A stretch of 63,097 bases of DNA, counting the filler, from Octopus bimaculoides (lineage: Eukaryota), in assembly GCF_001194135.2 (NCBI RefSeq). It is 3 parts of 3 records of this genome, joined end to end, with 100 filler letters (N's around TTAATTAATTAA, not from the genome) between each part and the next. Parts side by side here need not be neighbours in the genome. Positions count along the whole stretch, not along the records: positions 21,355 to 36,114 come from NC_068995.1; 2 more parts are not named here. The stretch is one strand, 5' to 3'. The notes under the pieces were generated by a model. The model was not told the DNA's origin and searched no databases. It saw nothing but the letters and a program-made list of their open reading frames with translations. The position numbers were made by a program, and so were the translations under genes. Shown here piece by piece: positions 22,995-33,632 of the stretch; the stretch's first letter is position 1, and each line of letters opens with the position of its first letter.

Positions 22995-24700
22995 TATATA
23001 TATGTATATCTTCATATTTGGCACAGGCTTCTCTGTAGGTCGTACAGACCTCTCCATTATACTTTCGCAAATCTGTGAATAATGTAGGACTTCTGACAGT
23101 GTGCAGCAGCAGACGCAGGAAGAAACACTTCTGATGATTGGAATGCACAAGGTACACCCGCCCGATGGCCTCGCTTCTGAAGACAGCATCCTCTTCCCGG
23201 CCTTCAACATGTACTCCTTGCTTGCGCTTGTTTAATCTATTGTGTGCTCAGGTGTAGTAGACAGGGACCTCAACATACACCAGTGTTCTTGCTAGCAGGT
23301 CAATATGGCATAAGTTGAAGAAAGCTGTTAGAGTGGTTTCTGGTTGCTGCTCAACCATGCTTCGGACAGTATCTTCTGTAAAATACACACACTGGCCATT
23401 TTAAAGATGAACAGCCAGATTCACCACTGTTAGATGCCGCTCGTGGATTTCGAAGCGTAGGATGCGCCACATTGCCTCGATAGAATAAATGTATCTGCCC
23501 AACTGAAATTGCTTAATTTCATCTGCCTGCCTGCACTCTTGTTCAACTCCAAGTACTGCCATATCTGAGTGTCCATATTGATGTATTTACAAACATTTTT
23601 GATGCTGTTTATGGAGTTGCATGACTCAATATTCACATGGGCTTCGAATGTTTTAGATAGTGGGTTGTCGGGTAGGACCTACCTGTTGTCAGTTTCCATC
23701 TCTTGCCCATAGACTTTAAGCTTAGTAGTTTGTCCACCATCTGCTGGTTTGTGGTGCCTGTAGAGTGGGTAACCATCATGTCCCGTGCGTGTCTCCTAGA
23801 TAAATTCCCTGGGGAACCTCTTGGTGCACATCTTGCGTTCCATTGTAAAAGGTTTGACTGGGCATGCGATAGTTAATTCACTAAAGTGTATGCGTTAAGT
23901 GATAGGAAAAAATGAAAGAACAAAGTATTAAAAATCGTTTTTCCCTTCAAGTAAACACATGCTCTAAAACACTTTACGTATCACTTGTTAGTATAAAATC
24001 TGTTGTTGGACATATTGTAAAAGTTTTGACTGTGCATACGATAGTTAATTCACTAAAGCGTATGCGTTAAGTGATGAGAAAAAAAATGAAAGGAAGAAGT
24101 ATTAAAATTAGAAATTGCTCGACAACGTGGGGCTATTCATCTATGGAAGCAAATGAAAGACATTATATACAGTGTATTGTTTCAGTACGTTGGTAAAGTT
24201 TTAGTAAATCTTAATACGGTGATTTGAAAACAAATACAAAGACACTTTAACTTTCACTTGTTTAACATCTGTTGCTGGACATATTGTAAAAGTTTTGCCT
24301 GAGCATACGATAGATAATTCACTAAAGCGTATGCGTTAAGTTATAGGAAGAAATGAAAGAACAAACTATTGAAATTCGTTCTTCCTTTCAGTAAACACAG
24401 TCTCTCTCTCTCCCGCTCTGTCCCTGTCTGTCTCCCACATTCCCTACGTTTCTGTCTCTCCCTATTTCCTCTCCTTCCACGATATCAGCCACCCTCATTA
24501 TGCTACTACATTTCCCTGAACCTAACACTTTTGCACCACTCTCATTTTATCATATAATAGCCCAACCCCTGTAGTCGGCCCATTATCAATTTTTATTGAA
24601 ATCTAATTAGCCTATAATTGAACTAGATGTTAGTTCAACATGTATGCAAAGTTTGGTGGAGATAGTAACAGACAGGCTGAAATTGCCATTTATATATAAA
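22995..24700 (-). mobile_element. Helitron remnant: RepHel fragments (~23000-23880), internal repeats, and probable 5' terminus near 24700
   Basis: Minus strand reads CTKRFPREF..ETRTGHDGYPLY, HVNIESCNSINSIKNVCKYIN and IGRVYLVHSNHQKCFFLRLLLHTVRSPTLFTDLRKYNGEVCTTYREAC. The region 24630-24700 resembles Helitron 5' subterminal sequence. Linking the coding part to that terminus is inferred. Confidence 0.75.
23841..24400. repeat. Three dispersed ~120-150-bp direct repeats
   Basis: CATTGTAAAA.GTTT.GACTG.GCAT.CGATAGTTAATTCACTAAAG.GTATGCGTTAAGT occurs near 23841, 24011 and 24281. Confidence 0.85.
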
Positions 24701-24764
24701 AATTAAGTGAAATCCAAGGATCCAGATGTAGAAAGTAAGCTCCCAGCAGGAACAATTTTTTCCA

Positions 24765-24837
24765 TGGCCCGATAACGGAAGAGATGCTGGCGTAGGTTTC
24801 CGCCCGACATCCGAAACTCGGAGTTTTATCGTGGCTA
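24765..24837 (+). ncRNA. Type I hammerhead-ribozyme-like structure with one core substitution
   Basis: Stem I is CGATAA (24770-75) / TTATCG (24826-31) and is extendable. The core is CGGAAGA. Stem II is GATG/CATC plus an inner GGCG/CGCC. GAAA lies at 24813-16, stem III is ACT/AGT, and the cleavage triplet is GTT. Confidence 0.65.
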
Positions 24838-24957
24838 CCGAATAATTGTCACATATTTTATTTATAGATAAATTCCTCTATTTACATAATATCGAGGTTT
24901 CCTTCATTCTTTTGTTGTCTTGCCATTTCTATCAATATATATATATATATATATATA

Positions 24958-25523
24958 AATACAGTGTACATTTAAACACATAAGAGACATCCATCATAAG
25001 AATTTCTTGCACGCTAGAAAGAAGAGTTAAATTCCATACAACTATTTAGGGATAGAAGTTCGAAGGGAATGAAAAATAAAAACTTTTACCATCTAACTCC
25101 TGGACTAAACGTTACATACACGAGGCAATCTAGTATCTGCCTCATGCTTATACATTATAATTTTTCAAATCTACCGCGCAAGCGCAGCTCCTAGTCGGCA
25201 GTAAATAAAAATACCACCTTTTAAAATCGAAAATTATCCAGAAAGAAATTATCAAATATTAGAAATGTCTACTACCAGTAGCCTAGCGTGTAAAATTTAG
25301 TCAATAGACTATATATTATTCATATAAATAGTGTACATTTAAACACATAAGATGCATTCATCATATAGGTTCCTTGCACGCTAGAAAGAAGAGTTAAATT
25401 CCATACCACTATTTAGGGATGCCTCTTATCTGTTTAAATGTACACTGTATTTATATGAATAAAATATATTCTATTGATTAAATTTTACACGCTAGGCTAC
25501 TGGTAGTAGAAATTTCTAATATT
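24958..25523. repeat. Compound repeat: ~95-bp direct repeat (24958-25053 vs 25327-25420) overlapping a fold-back with ~98-bp arms (25255-25352 / 25424-25523)
   Basis: GTGTACATTTAAACACATAAGA...GCACGCTAGAAAGAAGAGTTAAATTCCATAC occurs twice. CTACTACCAGTAGCCTAGCGTGTAAAATTTA is present with its reverse complement. Confidence 0.85.
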
Positions 25524-25647
25524 TCTCATTGTCCTTGATAATATTTGTATATATTATCGGGAATAAATGATGGATTTTTTCTCTTATGAGGTTTTTTCAC
25601 GCTAGCTACTTGATAAATTCTTGTAAAGGAATTCGTACTATTATTGA

Positions 25648-25682
<35 letters not shown>

Positions 25683-27024
25683 NNNNNNNNNNNNNNNNNN
25701 NNNNNNNNNNNNNNNNNNNNNNNNNNNNNNNNNNNNNNNNNNNNNNNNNNNNNNNNNNNNNNNNNNNNNNNNNNNNNNNNNNNNNNNNNNNNNNNNNNNN
25801 NNNNNNNNNNNNNNNNNNNNNNNNNNNNNNNNNNNNNNNNNNNNNNNNNNNNNNNNNNNNNNNNNNNNNNNNNNNNNNNNNNNNNNNNNNNNNNNNNNNN
25901 NNNNNNNNNNNNNNNNNNNNNNNNNNNNNNNNNNNNNNNNNNNNNNNNNNNNNNNNNNNNNNNNNNNNNNNNNNNNNNNNNNNNNNNNNNNNNNNNNNNN
26001 NNNNNNNNNNNNNNNNNNNNNNNNNNNNNNNNNNNNNNNNNNNNNNNNNNNNNNNNNNNNNNNNNNNNNNNNNNNNNNNNNNNNNNNNNNNNNNNNNNNN
26101 NNNNNNNNNNNNNNNNNNNNNNNNNNNNNNNNNNNNNNNNNNNNNNNNNNNNNNNNNNNNNNNNNNNNNNNNNNNNNNNNNNNNNNNNNNNNNNNNNNNN
26201 NNNNNNNNNNNNNNNNNNNNNNNNNNNNNNNNNNNNNNNNNNNNNNNNNNNNNNNNNNNNNNNNNNNNNNNNNNGTATGTGTGTGTATGTTTATCTATCT
26301 ATCTATCTATATCATGCGTAAGAATACTAAAACAATATGGACGTTAACAGATGCAGAAAATTAGTGCTCGGAGTGAGTACCTCAGATCTAGTATCGAACG
26401 AGGGTCAGGGAGTCCAAGCAAATAAGAGTTGGCTATATGCAATGTACTGGTCGAGTTAATGAAAGTATGATGAAATAAAAATGGACAGGCGGTTGTTAAT
26501 AGCATCAAATCATTTATAAAATGATTATAGAGAAGTGGGTACAACAATCTATTATTTAAGCATAAAAACGGGAAAATCAAGAAAGTGAGAGTTCATAGTA
26601 ACACTTCACGGATGGATATACATACTGAAAGTTCATATTCAAATGTCACAGGTAAAAGAGAGGAATTCCAGATAGTTCATTGGTGTCATTAATTTTGGTT
26701 AGGTGCGTAAAGTAAAGAGTTCATTCTCGAACAACACAAATAAGAGAGTAATGAGTACTTGTAACTCTTTACAGCTGTTTCTGGTTTTAGATGCTCCGTA
26801 AGCGCGGGAATGTGTATTATGTGTATATATGCCTGAAGTAGATCGGTATTAGTGAAGGTATACGAAATAACATGTTTAAATTATATGATCACACACAATA
26901 TCCTATCAATTTGAAGAAGCACTTCCTGACAATAATATATGTTGACTTATTTTTTCTTATCTCATAATCATATACGCATGTGTATGTATATATATATACA
27001 TATATATATATATANNNNNNNNNN

Positions 27025-27065
<41 letters not shown>

Positions 27066-27967
27066 ACATGTGTACAGGTAACTGAGTACCCATAGTCTGT
27101 CATTCCTCACACACACTGAAACACACTTACATGCTAGTACTACAGAATGATGATAAATTCCTGACAAGCCGAGACTGCGCTGCAGGTTCAATAAATATTT
27201 ATTGATAGCATTGACGACAGCTTGCATCTGTTAGTGTTTACGATCAGCATATTTGCTTAAGGCTTCATTGTTAATTAATGATTCATATTATATCAATTTC
27301 TTTTCAAAGTAATATATAAAAGAGAAATCAATGCTGTCATGTGTTTGCATTTTACCAAAGTTAGCAGCAATGTTAATGTTGCTCTGTACTCTTAGTTATT
27401 TTGGTGGGGTAATACATTTTTTTGTGTACAGAACTTATTAACATATTTCAATATCAATTATATATTTCAGGAATATTTTCTTTTCGTAATTGAAAGCAAC
27501 TTTACCTACTACTATATTTATACCGATTTTAAACGACACAATACTTTCCTTAACGCCTCTACACCTTTTGTCCTTTAGTTTGTAAAATTTTGTTGTTCAA
27601 TCTGAAATAGGATGATAAATATGAGAAAGCTTTTCTGTTATGGTTATTTTAAGCTTCCATATTTCCAGATATTTAATCTCCGATAGAAAAAATGTCCTTC
27701 GATCTAAAGTAATGCATTACTGGCAAAAGATTTCTTGTCTCTTATCTCACTGTGTACCAATGTTTCTTTTTCTCTGTGGGTAAATGAGCAAACAGTGTCT
27801 GTTCAATAAAAATCCGCCAAACAATACATTAACATTGCTTTTATATGGTGAATAATTCGAGACTGATAAATACTCGTGACACGTTGTAATTATTTCTCAC
27901 TTCCTTCAAAGATTCACTTAATGTACATACATACATATATATATTTGTATTATATGTGATATATATA

Positions 27968-28028
27968 TGTCTGTCTGTCCGTCTGTCTGTCCGTCTGTCT
28001 GTCCGTCTGTCTGTCCGTCTGTCTGTCC

Positions 28029-28079
<51 letters not shown>

Positions 28080-28091
28080 NNNNNNNNNNCT

Positions 28092-28125
<34 letters not shown>

Positions 28126-28152
28126 CTGTCTGTCTGTCTGTCTGTATGTCTG

Positions 28153-28206
<54 letters not shown>
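27968..28206. repeat. Compound (TGTC)/(TGTCCGTCTGTC)/(TATC) microsatellite
   Basis: Tetranucleotide and 12-mer periodicity with a short gap. Confidence 0.95.
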
Positions 28207-28207
<1 letters not shown>

Positions 28208-29901
28208 GTGTGCGCGTGCGCGTATCTAAACATACATATATACATACATGTGTGCATATAAATACACACAACACACACGCTCACACACACGCGCGCAAAC
28301 ACACGCCCGCTTTTAGCTATAAAATACATACATACACCCCCCGCATGTATACGTAGTTTACAATGAAAATAAGAGAGAAAACATTGCGCGTGCGCGTGTT
28401 TGTGCGTGTACATAAGTATGTATGTATGAATATGTATCTTCAACAAGGATTAGGATATTGCATATCTTCTAGCTCGGGAAAACGTAAATATTTGAATGTA
28501 CACAAAACTACATTAACACTGGTAATTTTTTAAAAACAATATATATATATATATATATATATANNNNNNNNNNNNNNNNNNNNNNNNNNNNNNNNNNNNN
28601 NNNNNNNNNNNNNNNNNNNNNNNNNNNNNNNNNNNNNNNNNNNNNNNNNNNNNNNNNNNNNNNNNNNNNNNNNNNNNNNNNNNNNNNNNNNNNNNNNNNN
28701 NNNNNNNNNNNNNNNNNNNNNNNNNNNNNNNNNNNNNNNNNNNNNNNNNNNNNNNNNNNNNNNNNNNNNNNNNNNNNNNNNNNNNNNNNNNNNNNNNNNN
28801 NNNNNNNNNNNNNNNNNNNNNNNNNNNNNNNNNTATATATATATATATATATATATATATGCATGACATCACGTATGTCCCTGCCGTAAGGCTTCACTTC
28901 CACACACGCCAGCTTAATCTAAGTCGTCCTTAGTCGAAAGACACCTATTGTTAATGTCCTGTTATTTGCATTTGTATTTGTGTACTATTTCTCCGTTTAT
29001 TTTGTTCTTCTTTTCGTATACATTCGCTGCTTTGTTTCAAGGAATCTAGTGCTCTTAGCTTAGTTTTTCCTTGGGGCTGGCCAGATTGGAGCAATCTCGA
29101 GTATAACCAGCCGAAATTGCAAAGATAATCTGGAACTCAACTGAGGAACGGAAACTCCGGATGACCCGTCCTTGTTTTTTCTTGTCCTTTTTTGTATCAT
29201 CTGTCTCGATGTTTTGCGTTCTTGTCCCATTTTTTGTACTCCTTTACATATGTATATATATATATAACTCATGAACGTGAACACACATATGCACACCTCA
29301 CTACACATACACATAACACTGGAAACTTCCTTGTCATAAACAACGGTGGAAGAGCATTACCTGACTGGGGTTTAGCTATTTTAAAACTATACGCAACGGT
29401 TTGAAATCTCAGGTATTATCAATAAATGAAAATGGATGTTTCATACAGGAATCAAGCTAATAATCTGTAGAACATTGATTAAATACAATTTTGAATGATA
29501 TTAAATTCATGGAACAGATATTTTAAATGAATGGCTTTTGGTTGAGCTGATGGGGTACAATATTTTGTGTATATCTTGCAATATCCGTGCGATCGCGGTT
29601 CTAAACTCCAAAGGTTTTTGAGTTAAGATGAGGGGGTGATAATTGAAGTGCTTGTTAATTAGAGAAAGGTAACTCTGTTTATCTGTTAATGTCTGAACCT
29701 TAGGAGCGGCGATTAGCGAAATGCAAATGAATTAGAAAAAAGCTCCGTTTAGTATTTGATAGAAGTATGAAGTTAGTAAATAGCCAAAGATGTAACTCAC
29801 ATCACTATCTTCGAAAGTCACTATCTTCCACCGTTATGTAGAACCCCTTCTGTATTTTCACGAGCTGTCCTTTGGTTGGCGATTCGACCTCTATAAGAAT
29901 T

Positions 29902-30166
29902 CTCAGTGAGACCTTGTTGGCAGATGGTGGCTGATAGGGAGTACGGCACAGGGTCGCCGATCTTTTGACGAAGTTTCAAAACACAAATAATGCCATGATG
30001 ACAAAGGTTTACTCTAAGCTGTATAGCGATGTCTGTGAGGCGAGTAAATGGCTTGAAGACTTGCTGCAAGCGACACTCTTAACATGGTTAATGTTACAAC
30101 GATTGTTGATTACTGAGAGCAGCGTGCCGTACTCCCTATCAGTCACACCAGCAACATCTTACTGAG
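29902..30166. mobile_element. Unclassified MITE with ~45-50-bp imperfect TIRs, flanked by AATT
   Basis: Perfect 19-bp inverted pair CTGATAGGGAGTACGGCAC (29931-49) / GTGCCGTACTCCCTATCAG (30124-42). The termini are AATT-CTCAGT ... ACTGAG-AATT. Confidence 0.75.
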
Positions 30167-30561
30167 AATTGAGGGCAAAAAAGTAACATGTCAGTATATA
30201 GGAGACAGATTCGCGTTTTGTAATAAATCGAAGTTAATGTTATATAATAGGTTTTATGATCCCCATTGAAGCAGAAATACGTGTTCCCATCTGTCCTCTT
30301 GTTTCCAGACAATCAAACCGTTTTTTAATTAATACCATGTCAATTCCGGACAATTTCCTCTTCTCATTCGGCATTTGTTTTCCATCGTCTGTAACCGAAG
30401 ATAACGTCAATAAATTACGAATTTATGTTGTGTGGTATTTATTCGTGTTTGTTGTTCAAATTCATACAAAAGATCATTCTAAATTATTTCTCTCATCTCA
30501 TTTCTGTTTAAATCATTTATACATACATACAGACAGACACGCGCGCACGCGCACACACATC

Positions 30562-30616
<55 letters not shown>

Positions 30617-30976
30617 TTATACACACATATGTCACATATATATGAAAATATACACACGTATGAAATTGTGTATTTTAAGGTGTGTGTGTGTGTCACAGTG
30701 TTTGTGTGCGCGCGTGTGCGCGTGTGCGTAAACCGAAATATCGGCATACTAAATAAAATATTGCTTTTCCAAGTTGAGATTACAGCAATAAATTGTATTC
30801 ACTAGCAAGATTATATACTCTCTAGATATGTTTGTATGTATGTATGTATGTATGTATGCATGTATGTATGTATGTATGTATGCATGTATGTATGTATGTA
30901 TGTATGTACGTATGCATGTATGTGTTGTCTGTCTGTCTCTGTTAATGTCAGGTCATTTGTAAGGTTTTTCATGAGT

Positions 30977-31110
30977 GCTACTGATAACATAGAATCCAGT
31001 GGTTGGGTTGTGCATGGTTGGGTTGTCGGCGACTAAACCGGAACCCCGTAGCAGGCTGCTGTGTGCAGGGTTGCTTGAAACTCAGCATGGCTAAAATGGA
31101 AGGGTGAATG
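30977..31110 (+). mobile_element. Isolated RTE-type 5' leader fragment
   Basis: GCTACTGATAACAT...CCAGT...GGGTTGTCGGCGACTAAA is homologous to the 5' end of the RTE at 18572-18631. Confidence 0.55.
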
Positions 31111-31203
31111 CAGTTTAGGTTGAAAGACTATCTAACAATGAAACGGGCACTTAAAACTTTCACGAGTGGACAGCTACAACACACACACTCATACGCACGC
31201 ACG

Positions 31204-31248
<45 letters not shown>

Positions 31249-31264
31249 NNNNNNNNNNAATATG

Positions 31265-32207
31265 TGCAAGATGGGGCAGTGAGGAGGGACGTTGTTGAAA
31301 TGGCTATTACTCAGCCTCAGAGAGAGGAACATATGTCCGACAGGTACCATTCGGTCGGATTATCTTAGCATTTTCTTCTTTTCGGATGAAGCCATGGTGC
31401 TGTGGACGCGTTACTTGACGATAGGACATCAGTTACGTGAAGACTAACGAGTCTGTCATAGCAGTTCAGCGTGAGTATCGGCACCACTTCGACATTTACC
31501 GAAATCACGCCGTTTCCAGCCGTAACACAATCTTATGTTGGGTGAATGCACTTCGTACACGAGGTACACTAAGAAATAAGAGACCAGTGGGGGAGCCCCG
31601 AACGGTACGGATCCCGGGAAATGTGGAACGCATCAGACAAGCTTAGATACGGAGTCCAAATACTTCTGCTCGGAGGTATTCCACTGAACTTGCCATTGAT
31701 AAGGCGTATTTTGAATGAATACCTGCATTTCCACCCGTACAAATTGTTATTGAGCAACAGTTGAAACCATGGGACTATGCACAGCAGCTTAACTTTACAT
31801 GTCAAATGGAAACAAGTTTTGAGGCAAATGACAACCTCATTCTCTTAATAAGTGATGAAGTCCAACAACGATAGTTCTGTTGATTCACCATGTATTAACA
31901 TGGTGAATCAACAGAACTGTCATTACTGGCCTCTTGAAAATCCGAGAGAGCAATGTTACCCAAATTGACAAAGCAATGCTGGAGAGAGTGGAGGCCAACA
32001 TCCAAGAACGCTTTCAGAAATGCATCCCTGAAAACGGATATGATGGATGTTGTTTTTCACACTTGATGATGACAAATGCTAATTCAATACGAATACATTG
32101 ATGTCAATAATTTTTGTTTGCAGCTAATATCAATAATTTTGTAAATCTGTCATTGTAATCTGTCATCTCAATAATTTTTGTAATTTTGTCATCTCTGTTC
32201 CATCCTG
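31265..32207 (+). mobile_element. DD37D/maT-like Tc1/mariner-superfamily transposon, internally deleted
   Basis: Translation gives KTNESVIAVQREYRHHF...SRNTILCWVNALRTRGTL, ILNEYLHFHPYKL, LLISDE and MVNQQNCHYWPLENPRE. Degenerate TIR-like ends are CAAGATGGGGCAG and CTGTTCCATCCTG. Confidence 0.75.
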
Positions 32208-32324
32208 AACATCTATAAATACAAACCTATGTATATATGTATATAAACAAATATATATATTTATAAAAAACGTATGTAGATATGTTTGAGTTAGGAAATC
32301 AATATTCGAAGCTTTCAAAAGGAT

Positions 32325-32845
32325 TTATATTATTTATGAACCTTTCCAAGTTGTCGAAGATGATGTTGAACAGTTGTATGGTTTGAACTAAGCTTTATTG
32401 CCAATTCTTCAACTGATAATTCAGGATTTTCTTCAAGTAATGCCTCAAGAAGCTTATCATCAAACTCAGCTGGACGTCCTGTTCGATCTCCACCTTCAAG
32501 GCTGAAATCTCCACTTCTGAATTTTGCAAACCATCTGCAAGTTCTTTCATTCAAGCATTCTTTCCCATAAATTGAGTGTATGTTCGCTTCGGCTGCAGAG
32601 CTTCCTTTTTTGTACTCATAAAGCATTATGTGCCTTAAATGCTCTTTGGATACTTCCATGTTAAAAAGGGTTTTAATCAAAGAAATTTTAATTCCATTAT
32701 TCTATAAAATAATATTTGATTAGTTTAAATGTACACAAAGGCATAAAAATAATTTTAAATTTCATTAGACATTCTAAAATACTATAACATTTCATTCAAT
32801 TTTAAAGAAGGCAAAATCGGACAGAACTTAAGTGATGGCCTGATA
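32325..32845 (-). mobile_element. mariner transposon 5' fragment (TIR plus paired-HTH region)
   Basis: Translation gives MEVSKEHLRHIMLYEYKKGSSAAEA...CRWFAKFRSGDFSLEGGDRTGRPAEFDD...HHLRQLGKV. The TIR is TA-TCAGGCCATCACTTAAGTTCTGTCCG. Confidence 0.88.
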
Positions 32846-33632
32846 TATACTTTCATTTCTCTCCATTACTTTGCTCTTATTTACAAAGATACATTCTCAC
32901 TCGCACACTAGCGATACATCCTCCTCTCTCTCTCTCTGTACTAGAATCAATGTATATCTAATCTCTCTGTTCACTCTCTCTCACTCCCACTTATTCCCCT
33001 CCCCATTTTGCTCCTTGTCTCCATCCACCCACACCTATAACCCAATACCCCTACCGTCACTTACCCATCCTCTCCTCTGCATACCTACCCTTCCTTCATC
33101 TCTGCCTCCCTCTCAATCTCCTCTCTGTCCTCTTCTCTGCCTCAACTTTCCTGTCTGTCCCCTCACATTTCCCCCGTCACCTCTTTTGTTCTCTTCCCTC
33201 TCCCAGCTTGCGCTTCTCCTCTCACCTACCCAACTTATTCCCACTGCTCTCCGCTCTTTCCCCCGTCACACCTCTGCTCTTTCTATATCTGCACTAAAAA
33301 ACCAACCACAGTCACACNNNNNNNNNNNNNNNNNNNNNNNNNNNNNNNNNNNNNNNNNNNNNNNNNNNNNNNNNNNNNNNNNNNNNNNNNNNNNNNNNNN
33401 NNNNNNNNNNNNNNNNNNNNNNNNNNNNNNNNNNNNNNNNNNNNNNNNNNNNNNNNNNNNNNNNNNNNNNNNNNNNNNNNNNNNNNNNNNNNNNNNNNNN
33501 NNNNNNNNNNNNNNNNNNNNNNNNNNNNNNNNNNNNNNNNNNNNNNNNNNNNNNNNNNNNNNNNNNNNNNNNNNNNNNNNNNNNNNNNNNNNNNNNNNNN
33601 NNNNNNNNNNNNNNNNNNNNNNNNNNNNNNNN

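Noticed and set aside
26330-26880. Very decayed LINE RT-like sequence (FINDL-like); similar hints at 36800-37840 and 58850-59500
   Set aside because: Only isolated motif-like words are visible by eye, which is insufficient to call a family or boundaries.
29060-29165. GGCTGG/CCAGCC-GAAA and CTGAGGA-ACG-GAAAC hammerhead-like words in a probable pLTR-type repeat
   Set aside because: The first lacks an upstream CUGANGA and the second has no stem II.
32330-32680. Host SETMAR-like gene
   Set aside because: There is no SET domain, it has a TIR, and it is truncated, so it is a plain mariner remnant.
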